Below, in pieces: positions 11,561-22,057 of a DNA stretch of 64,000 nucleotides. Numbering within the stretch: position 1 is the first letter of the stretch; every line of letters begins with the position of its first letter. A program made the translations under genes and the position numbers. Below the pieces are notes generated by a model that was not told the origin of the DNA, ran no database searches, and saw nothing but the letters and a program-made list of their open reading frames with translations. Location of the stretch: the NCBI GenBank assembly GCA_030704615.1, contig CM060731.1, positions 80,414,001 through 80,478,000 of the forward strand. The letters run 5' to 3'. This stretch comes from Takakia lepidozioides. Lineage: Eukaryota; Plantae; Bryophyta.

Positions 11561-13949
11561 GAAACTAGGTTTATGGAATTGTTGTCCCGACTTCCATCTT
11601 TGAAAAAATTGAAAAAATTGCAAAATTGGGTTGCAGGGAATTTTGGATGTTTTTCATCCAAAATACAAAATTTTCCCTAGTGAAACATTTCTTCACTAAA
11701 TACCGGTGAGTTGCAAAACTCCCGTCAGTTTTTTTTTTTTCAATCCAATCTGGATGAGAAAAGGACTTCATCTGACATGACCTAAATACGGGCCATACAC
11801 GTATAAAAAAGTTGTTTTAAACCCCCGATGATTTTCATCTAACCTAGATGAAATGCGGACTGCATCCGTTGAGTTCAAGATAGGATGAACGCACGATGTC
11901 TTTCATCTTCCGCGAATGAGAAACGGACAACGTCCGTCGGGCGTACAGGCAGGCGGATGTTTTTCATCCTGAGAAGGATGAATGATTGGCCAGACAGGGG
12001 AAAACCCTACGCAACCCTAATGTCTTTCTTTTTGCGCTGCGAGAGCGCGCGCGATGGCGGCTTGGGAAGAGCGATGGTGCTCGTGCTGCAGATACCTTGA
12101 GCTGCCAATCCTTGAGTGTTTATGGCTCCTGTGAGCGCCGCCTAGGCGGGCTCTTTAAGGCGATGGCGGTGGCTTAGAGATGAGGGAAGATTCACTGTCT
12201 CAGTTGTCTGTTTTTTTGCTGCACAAGGGAACCGCGGCAGTGATGGTGGAGGTACCACCTGCATGCTTATGACATTTCCCTAGGAGCCCTCCTCTGGATC
12301 TTTGATGAATGGTGGCGTCTTGGTAGAACAAGGAAGTCTCTCTCCCTCCCTTTATAAACCCTACCTTTTGAGACCAGGTTTTTTTTTCTTGTGCTTGGCA
12401 AGACTTTGCTTTGGTTAAGGTAGCAGTGTTGTGGTGCTGGCGGAGTCCTCCCTGCACGGTTAGGTTTGTGGAGAGACGACGACTCTCCCCCAAACAGTAA
12501 AAAAGGTGTTTTTTTTCTAATTGTTTTGCTTCCCTGCTTTCTTTGACATTCTCTGCGCTTAGATTGAAGTGTATTTGACCTCGATAGCAAGTGTGGAAGC
12601 TTGCTACTCACCTCGTGCATCCTCACTAATTCACAATGCGTTGTGGTTGTTTTTGGGACGGGCACAGGTGAGGGCTTCCACTTTATATTATGATGTCTAG
12701 GTGCTGTTGAATGCCAGGTGGGATTGCAGAGCAGGGGAAGGAATCGCTTGCCAGGGACTCATCTTAAAATGTTGAAAATGAACTGTTTGTTGCAGCTATT
12801 CGGGTACCCATGTTGGCCCCTGTTATGTTCCAACCCGGATGGCTTTGTTAGCTAGATGCTTAGGCCAGATTATGGTGAAGATTCTGCCTGTGGATATTCG
12901 GCTGACAATGAAATATGGCAGCAATATATAACTGGTAACTGGTTTTTGAGGCAACCAGGGTGGTCAAGTGGAAATACCCCCTGGACATGGTGTAATGACA
13001 TGGTCAAATGTGGAATGATGTGAAGGGTGTACTGACAGTATCATTAACTGTAACAGGATGTGTATGTAGTCCTTTATCTTTACCTTGCTGTGTCATGAAC
13101 TTTGATTTTCAGCTCTAGCAAGAAATAAAGGTATAGGGGTAGTCTGGAAAACTTACCAGACATATCCACCTACCGTGTGGGGGCAAGCTGTACTGCAGAC
13201 CAGTCTAAACCAATACTGGCAGGGCAAGGTATTTAAAATGTGTGATGTCCAAGTGTTCTTTTTGTTCTCTCCGATTTCTTAAAAAAACCCTCCCTGACAC
13301 CCATGGGGTTTGAATAAGTATGCTTGGATTACAGCTTGCGGACAGTAAATCTGTATGACCATTTGACCTGCAACACATCAAGGCCAAAATATGGCCAAGT
13401 ACCCGCCATCCCACCCAGACCACCGAATGTATATCCTGATCATGACTGGTGGTCAATCAACATCAGTGGCATACTCTTTGGGTTATGAATAATACTGACA
13501 TGAACACATTACTGTACATGGATGTAATTCTGGATTATCTAAGCTTGATGATTGATGGATGGTGCCACTATTAAGTGGCTGATATGTCTGATTATTCTTC
13601 TTATTCATGACAACGACCCTACGGGTCTTGTCTTTGTCTTGACATGACAAAAAATATCTTCTCTCTCTCTCCTCTCTTTCGTGCTGCTCACAAAAAAAAA
13701 AAAAAAACCACAAAGGGAAAGAGGGGGTAGAAAAAGTTAATAAGAGAGAGGGAGAGAGTGGGAAGATATTCATGTCATGTCAAGACATGGACAAGACCCT
13801 ACTAGGGTCATTGTCAATTAAAGACATAAACAACCCATAAACATGGCACCATCTAATATTTCCAGTCTTGTCATAACAGACCAAATGACAACACCCATTC
13901 AATCAAGATAAAACAGGGTGGGAGGGCGGGGTTTATTCAAGTTCAAATT

Positions 13950-14560
13950 CCTGTAAGTAGCCCAAGATATGCACCATGCAAGGCTCCTTGGGTAGGTAAG
14001 AACAGCCTGCCCTACTATTGATTCAAGGTATGTTCATACAAGCACCTTGAAGGACCAGCCTGCAATTTACCAGATTTCAAACATGCAACCAAATAATGTT
14101 CTTGGGCATGACAAAACATATTGCAGCTTCACTCTTTGCCATTTGTAAGTACCCCAAGACATGCATCATGCAAGGCTCCTTGGGTAGGTAAGAACAACCT
14201 GTTCTACTACAGATTCAGGATATGTTCATACAAGTACCTTGAAGGACCAGCTTGCAATTAATCCGATTTCAAGCATGCAAGCAAGTAAACTCCTTAGGCA
14301 TGACAAAACATATTGCAGCTTCACATTTGGCCAATTGTAAGTACCCCAAGACGTGCATCGTGCAAGGCCTTCTGGGTAGGTATGAACAGCCTGTCATTGT
14401 ACAGATTCAAGACCTGTGTACACATGAATCTTGTTGGACCAGCCTGCAGTTAATCAGACTCCATACATGCAACCAAGTGACCACTTTGGGCATGACAAGA
14501 CTGATTGCAACTTCATTCTACACCATGTATAGTTTCCCCAAGATATGCATCAAGTAAGGC
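13950..14560. repeat. 192-bp tandem repeat, ~3.2 units (monomer M4, paralogue of 9020-9625)
   Basis: Anchors at 13964, 14156, 14348, 14540. Confidence 0.9.
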
Positions 14561-15329
14561 ATTTTGGCATGGAAGAGAGGCCTGCCCTGTCACAACATCC
14601 AGATATGGACACACATACAATTTGAGTGCCCAAGATCAAGCCCACTTGGCCAAGATAAATCATACAATGCAGGGAGCTGTTCAGATGGCAAAATAAGGTA
14701 ACTAATCACTGGTCAGAGTCATTTAGAGCTTACCATCACTGTTTCCCAGGAGGCTAATGCCATGTTTTGCAAATAGAACCTCATTATGCTCCATTCAACA
14801 TCAAATCCAGGTCTGAAAACGGCCTGTCATTGCCTTATCAGCCTATCTTGTATAAAAAAAACCAGGCCTCCTCTTCCTTAGAGCCTAATAGCCACTGATG
14901 CCTTTACCCTTACACCATAAATCCTCTTTTAAGGCCAAAAATATACCTAGTCTAAAAATCCACAGGCAAAGCTGTCAAAGATTCAAGACAGGGTAAGATT
15001 CACATGCTGTGCTGCAAGAGACGGGGCTGCCAGGCCGAAATGCTCCATCAATGACAGCAAAACATAAGTCAAAAGCAAGCATCATCATGTCAAACCGGGA
15101 GCAAGCGGGCCGAAATCGGGGCTGCAAGCAACAGCAGTATGTTCCTTTTGCTCAAATCTTTATCTGCAAGCTCAAGAGAATTCAAAGCAAGTAAGGATCC
15201 TCACCTGGTCCCATCAGTAGCCCCCACAGAAACCAATGGGTTAGTGAGGATTGTGGAACCCCAGGTGAATCATAGACCCCTACACTTGTCATCAATGTTA
15301 ACTAAGAACCTCAAAAACAAGAGAGAAAG

Positions 15330-15828
15330 TGTCGCGCACCTCACTTCGGTAATCTCCCCTTCAAGTCATAGTTACTCGCTTTGATACGCGCGCCTAACTC
15401 CCAACCTGGCCGCCGGGCCAACTTGGAGCTTCGGCTGCTCACCGGGACATAACGGTCCCGCTTTACTCTTCCAAAAGACCCTTCACCAATTTGGGCCTAG
15501 TGGAAATTCCCTTTGGTAGATGGCAGTCCGGAATAGCTTCCCACTCCTTGGTCGCTTTCCGGCTCTCTCGCTTACTCACTAGTTTTTGGTCACCAACGGG
15601 CTTGCACTGTTCTCGGGGTTACTACTAAGCTACCACCACCCCTTGTGGAGCCACCCCCACCGCAACCCGGTGTGTGGAGCTCCACCTAGTGAGCGCCTCC
15701 GCCTCCTTGAGTGCCTTGGGCACTCAAGGGTGCTTCAGCCCCCCGTACCTATTGCTGCCACCGCCCCCACCACAGGGGCAACCCCTCTACGTCCCGACCC
15801 CATGTCCTCAAGGCAAAGGGCCGCGACA
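15330..15828 (-). repeat. 3' LTR (499 bp; lacks ~230 bp present in the 5' LTR)
   Basis: Direct repeat of 21326-22057; PPT-like GGTAGGGGTGTG directly upstream on the minus strand (15829-15840). Confidence 0.93.
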
Positions 15829-16674
15829 CACACCCCTACCATCAGGGAGTCGATGTCCTCATCGACTTGTCCATTTTGTAGAAACGAACATCCAAGTTGT
15901 GGCGTCCCACATCAAGGAGTTTGTTTCCGTACCATGGCGTCCCATGGCAAAGAACCAAACCCCCACTTGGCTCTACTCTCCACTAGCTAGTTCGGCCGAC
16001 TTCCTCCAAGTCCCGGCCAAGGGTGGAGCCTCTCAAGCTCCACCCAGTGCACTCTTCTTGGCCTACTTCAAGGCCAAGGAACGATCCTCCCCGAGGACCG
16101 AATCGCCTTACTGCAACAACATTGCTTGCGACCGCTCATGATGCCGCTTTTGGCATCACCCTGAGCAAGGGTTCACCTTGAACCTTTTTTTGACTAGGAA
16201 GATAACCTTGAACCAAACGTGCGCCCCAATCACTACAATTGGGTCCGCTTTGGAATGCTGGCCTGAGGTACGGGAACACGCCGAAGCCACATTACGACTT
16301 TGTCCCGAGGCTACACGATTATAGTACGTGAACGGAAGCACGTAGCTTTCGCGTTAGCCCGCACTACAAGACAACCCCCTCAGTAGCGTAGTTATAGTAC
16401 GCGCACACGCCAGGTGCGCACTAGCACGTGAACTCCCAAAGAAGGCGCAAGTTTCCTTGCCCATTGGATGGGAGTCACTCGATTTTGGCACTACGCAAAC
16501 ACACGATTAATCCAATTTACCTCTCCCACTTTTGTAAGCTAGCATGCATTCTACACACTAGCCAACCATACCAGGCATCACCATTCCAAAGAAAATAGGA
16601 CGCACAACATTTGGAAATCATTTCATTTATAACAAAATTTGTACAATACAAGTTTTTGCAATCGGATTCCTGAG

Positions 16675-19600
16675 CTAGCTAAGCCGGGCTAAGCATGCAT
16701 TTCCTCCCCCACGATCCAAGGTTGATGTCCCCATCAACGCTTCTTCCGCTTTTGAGATCGCCCTTCGAAAGTTGCAACTGCCTCGGATGCGTTTCCCATT
16801 GGCACGCACCCAAGATGCCTCCACATGATGATAACCCTTCCATTTCACGAGATACTCCGTTTCTCGATTTTTGAACCTCCTTGACTTAAGCTCTGCCTCC
16901 ACATCGTACCCAGGTTCATTTTCATGATCCAACAGCACAAGTGGCGGACGCAACACTTGATGCCGATTCAGACGCGCTTCATCTTTGAAGTAAGGCTTCA
17001 AAAGAGAGACGTGGAATACCGGATGCACCTTGCTGTTTGCCGGCAGCTCGAATTCATACACATCCTCATTCATAACCTTCCGGATGCGAAAGGGTCCCGC
17101 ATACAGAGGTACAAACTTCGGACTCACTTCCGGAGGTAGTCAACAATTATTGATGTTCAACCAGACCTCCGTGCCTGCCTCAAACTTAACTTCCCTCCAC
17201 TTCCAATTTGCCTACCGTTCATACCGTTTCCTAGCTTTGGCAATGTTGTACTTTGCGAGCTTCAACAAACGCTCGCATTCTTCCAGCACCGCTGCTGCTG
17301 CCGGTTCCTCAACATCTTGGGCGGCCCAACTTGTCGGCACCAGAGGTGCTTTTCCATAGACCAATACGAAAGGGGAAACTCTCGTTGCGGAGTGTTTTGT
17401 GTTATTATAACAGAACTCTGCCGCGTCCAAGTGCTCCACCCAGTCCGATTGGTCTGCCGCCACGTAATTTCGCAAGATCTGCTTCACCACGGAATTCACC
17501 CTTTCTGTTTGGCCGTCTGTCGTAGGTCGGAAGGCGGTGCTCATCTTGAGCCTCGTCCCCATTTTCTTCCAGAATGCCCTCCAACATTTACTTGTAAACT
17601 TTGGATCACGATCCAAGACAATATCCTTCGAGAGTCCATGATGCTTGAAGTTGTGGGCGAAGTGAAGTCGCCCCGTCTCCTGTGCCGTTGCCGTCTCCTT
17701 GGTAGGAATGAAATGGCCCATTTTACTGAACCTATCCACCACCACCATGATTGCATCGAATCCTTTTGACAGCGGCATAGCAGTCATGAAATCCATCGAG
17801 ACACTTTCCCAAGACCCCTCTGGAATCGGCAAGGGTTGTAACAACTCCGCTTGCTTTTTGTACTCGCTCCGGTTTTGTTGGCATGCGGTGCATGTCTTGA
17901 CATACTCCTCGGCCTCCTCCCTCAGTTTGGGCCAGAAATACTCTTTCTTCAGGAGTGCCGCGGTGCGCTTGGCTCCGCCGTGGCCCGCAAGCGGGCCATC
18001 ATGCATTCTCTCAAGAGACTATCTCTGATCCCTCCCTTCAGTACATAGAGACGCTTTTGCTTGTACCGGAGCAGTCCATTTTGCAAGTGAAACTGCGATT
18101 TAACCCCCATCCTCAAGTCCCGCATCACGGACTTCGCCATCTCATCCTTCTGGTAAGCCTTCCGGATTTTTCTTTGAAGCGCAGTCTCACCCCTGTACAC
18201 CAACATGAGCTGTTGCTTTCTACTTAAGGCATCGGCCACCACATTGTCCCGTCCCGGTTTGTATTGGATATCCACGTCACACACCGCCAAAGTGTCTTGC
18301 CACCTAAGTTGTTTTGGGGACAACTTAGGCTGCGTGGCAAAATACTTCACCGTGACATTGTCCGTGAATACCTTCACCGGGTTGGAACCAACATAGTGGC
18401 GCCAAAGCTCAAGGCAATGCACCACCACCTTCATCTCTTTCTCGTGCGTTGGCCAGCGTCGCTCAACTTCATTCAGTTTCTTACTTTCGTAAGCCACTGG
18501 ACACCCATTTTGCATAATTACACCCCCAATCGCGAAGTCCGACGCATCTGTATGAATCTCAAACGGACGGTCGAACTCCGGGATTTTCAAGACTGGAGCT
18601 TCCGCCATCCGCTGCTTCAACTCGGCAAAGGCTTGGCCACAAAAGGTGTTCCATACCCATACCTTGGATTTACACAGAAGGTTTGACAGTGGCCCCGCGA
18701 TCTTGGCAAAATTTCTCACATACTTTCGGTAATAGGAGGCGAGTCCTAGGAAGGATCGCACTCCCGGGACCAAAGTCGGAGGCTCCCAGTCCAAGATCGT
18801 CCTCACCTTTCTGTCATCCATTTTGATCTCATCCTGTGTAATCACATGCCCTAGGAACTCCACTTTTGTGACCCCGAATTTGCACTTTGAAGCTTTGGCA
18901 TACAACTTCCATTCCCGCAATTTCTGGAACACCCTTTTGAGGTGCTCCAGGTGCTCCTCCTTTGTTTTTGAGTACACCTACACGATCACAAAGTCATCCA
19001 GCCACTCCTGGAAAAGGCTGTTCATGAGCGTGCTAAATGTCGCGGGTGCATTGGTGAGCCCAAAATGCATCACCAAGAACTCATACGAACCATATCTTGT
19101 CATGCACGCGGTCTTCTCCTCATCTCCTTCCGCCACTCGGATTTGATGGTAGCCCGAGCGCAAATCGATCTGGCTAAAATACTTCGGTCCTGCCAACCGA
19201 TCGAAGAGGTCGTCGATCATTGGCAAAGGGTACCGGTTCTTGATAGTCACCTTATTCAGAGCCCTGTAATCGACACACATCCGCAGCGTCCCATCCTTCT
19301 TGTTTGCGAATAGCACCGGGGCTCCGTAAGGTGACTTACTCGGCCGGATGTACCCCTTTGACATTAGATCCTTGAGCTAAGTCTTCAGCTCGACCAACTC
19401 TCTGTGGCTCAACCGGTAGGGCGCCTTGGTAGGCGGCTCCGATCCCGGTATTACCTCAATTTTGTGGTCAACTCTCCTTCGCGGTGGCAAGCCACTTGGT
19501 AAATCCTCCGGTATCACATCCTGGTATTTCTCCAAGATCCCCTTGATCCAATCTGGGCTCGGCTCCCTATCGCCTTCTCCCTTTACTTATCTTACGTAAA

Positions 19601-20260
19601 GCAAAAAGTGGGGCTCGTGTGGCTCCTTTATGGCCCACTCCCTTGCTGACAGAAGGTTTATTCGCCCTCCCATGGGTTTGGGCGTTTTTCCGACACTCGT
19701 AAAACTTCGCCACCATTCCCACACGGCAGCGTGACTACTCTCTTGCGGTCATCTATGACCGCTCCGGATTTACTCAAAAATGTCATCCCTAAAATGAGAT
19801 CCACTCCATCGATCTCGCAAATGGTGAAGTTCTCACGTCTCTCCCAAGTCCCCAGTTGAAGAGGAACATCGAACGCCAACCTCGTCACCATTTGTGGTTC
19901 TCCTTTGGCAGAACGCACCTCAATAGAGGCCCCCACGTCACTTGTCAGGAGCCCCAGCTTTCGTGTCGTTGTCGGTGTCATGAAGGAGCGCGACGCTCCT
20001 GTGTCCACCAACAACGACACGTTAGTTCTGGAAATTATCCCATCCACGAACATTAACTGACTTCCTTTACGCAAGGCGCCAATTTCCTGATACAACTCAC
20101 AAGAGTAGTTGCCTACCTTGCAAGTCTTGGCGACCACCGCCTCCACCAAGCGGCTGATTGAATCTTCACACAGCTCCGTGGCCGCCCGAATCATGTTCAA
20201 TTGTCGGGGTTTCGTGCACTTCTTGGCCATGTGCTCAGGCTCCCCGCAATTGAAGCACAC
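16675..20260 (-). pseudogene. Gypsy pol (zinc knuckle, protease, RT, RNase H, integrase, GPF motif, chromodomain), frameshifted; RT catalytic DD deleted
   Basis: CFNCGEPEHMAKKC, LVDTGAS, RT, IHTDASD, HHCC plus SMDFM/DRDPKF/TERVN, YAGPF, EYLVKWKGY..ASWV. A 15-bp deletion at ~18977 relative to copy A removes the IDD codons and creates TAG. Confidence 0.95.
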
Positions 20261-20301
20261 TCCATCGAAGGTCGCCTTCTGTCCGCCATAAGCCGCCGCA
20301 C

Positions 20302-21270
20302 CTACATTTCTTTTCGGAGCACAGGGTGCCGCCTTGACGTGTGAAGGCCCTCCCTTCGATTTCCACGTGCCATTGTCGCCGCGTGGCCTATCCCACTTTC
20401 CGGTCGGAAGGAGTCACCCTCCCGCCGGGCCTTCTTGTGGTTCAGCTCCGTACGGCCTTGCCTTTCGCCCTTAGGGACATCTGAGAAACATTCAGCCCTC
20501 TCAATTGTCTCGTTCAAAGTCTTAGGTGGCTTCTCCTCCAACTTCCGTCTGGCCCATGGGGCCAGTCTCGCCACAAAGTTGAAGACAATTTTTGGTTCTG
20601 CCATGTCCGCGACTTCGAGCAACAGCACATTGAAATCCTGAACATATCCCCGAATGTCATCCGTTTGCTTCAAATTCCTCATCTTGTCCCGGGCAAGCCA
20701 ACACGCGTTGAGGGGCACAAACTGTCTCTTCATAAGTTCCTTGAACTCACTCCAGTTCAAGGTTTCCGGGTTTGGACCTCGGTCGTGAAGGCGTTTCTGC
20801 CACCATTGTTGAGCATAGCCCCTCAAATAGGTGGGAGCCACTTCCACCCGATCCTCGTCACTCAACTTGGCCGCTCGGAAGTACTGCTCTAGCTCCAAGA
20901 GCCAGGTGTTGAGTGCCTTCCGATTTCAGACGCCCTCAAAGGTGCCGGGTTCCTTAGGCTTCACCTTAAACTTTGCCTTAGTGGAAGTGGCATTAGCCGC
21001 CTTCAACACGTCTTTCAACGTCCCGCCAAACTGCGCCAACAACCCTTCCCAAAAGGCTGCTGGCATGGGAAGCATCTGTTGGTCTGTCGGAGCTCTCAGA
21101 AATTCCTCGGGCTCCGACTCCTCAGATTCCTCCCGTTCTTGAGCGGCCTCGTTTTCAAAAGCATGGATCGCTTCCTCAAATGGCCGCTTCGGTGACACGT
21201 CGCCCCCATCGGGCTCACCAGAATCATCTTTCGGGCCGTTCCGCTTTCGCTTTGGCTTGTCTGACCCCAT
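20302..21270 (-). pseudogene. Gypsy gag (frameshifted)
   Basis: PKEPGTFEG..., LRGYAQQWW, LKQTDDIRGYVQDF (Retrotrans_gag-type) in ORFs 20926-21270 and 20302-20898. Confidence 0.9.
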
Positions 21271-21310
21271 GATGAGGCCGATCCCAAGGACGAATGCGTA
21301 CTAACCTCTA

Positions 21311-21323
21311 GTTTGTGATACCA
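21311..21323 (-). promoter_or_regulatory. Primer-binding site (tRNA-iMet type, TGGTATCA)
   Basis: TGGTATCAC begins 2 nt inside the 5' LTR end on the minus strand. Confidence 0.85.
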
Positions 21324-21325
21324 AG

Positions 21326-22057
21326 TGTTGCGCACCTCACTTCGGTAAGCTCCCTTTTAAGTCATAGTTACTCGCTTTGATGCGCGCGCCTAACTCCAAC
21401 CTAGCCGCCGGGCCAACTTGGCGCTTCGGCTTCTGCTCACGGGACATAACGGTCCCCCTTTACTCCTTCCAAAAAGACCCCCACCAATTTGGGCCAGTGG
21501 AAATTCCCTTTGGTTAGATGGTAGTCCGGAATAGCTTCCCACTCCTTGGTTGCCTTCCGGCTCGCTTGCTTACTTACTAGTTTTTTGGTCACCAACGGGC
21601 TTGCACCGTTCTCGGGGTTACTACTCCCTATATATACTCCTGTGATTGTCCGTGGGGGTTTCACAAAACAAACCTTGCATTTTATGGCGAACCACCACGA
21701 AGACCCTCGACTCCCGGTGATGAGTCGTGGTGAGTCTTGGCCCACCCACCGCGGCCCCATTGGACCGTGCCAAGACTCCCCACGACTCCCACCACAAGGT
21801 CTCCGCCCCATGGTGAGTCCTATGCCACCCCCACTAAGTCCCACTAAGTCCCACTAAGCTACCACCACCCCTTGTGGAGCCACCCCACCGCAACCCGGTG
21901 GCTGGGGCTCCACCTAGTGAGCGCCCTCCGCCTCTTTGAGTGCCTTGGGCACTCAAGGGTGCTTCAGCCCCCCGTACCTATTGCTACCACCGCCCCCACC
22001 ACAGGGGCAGGCCCTCTGCGTCTCGACCCCCTGTCCTCAAGGCAAAGGGCCGCGACA
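21326..22057 (-). repeat. 5' LTR (732 bp) with TATA-like TATATATAG at ~21628-21637
   Basis: Direct repeat of 15330-15828 plus an extra internal segment. Confidence 0.93.

Larger units (their letters stand above)
15330..22057 (-). mobile_element. Full-length but inactivated chromodomain Ty3/Gypsy (chromovirus) LTR retrotransposon, copy B
   Basis: TGTCGCG...CGCGACA termini; 5-bp TSD GAAAG (15325-15329, 22058-22062); empty site preserved in the paralogue at ~10321; gag-PR-RT-RH-IN-chromodomain order. Confidence 0.97.

Noticed and set aside
9020-11990. CRISPR-like repeat-spacer array
   Set aside because: The 192-bp units are whole tandem repeats without unique spacers; dyad motifs are irregularly spaced; eukaryotic context with no cas genes.
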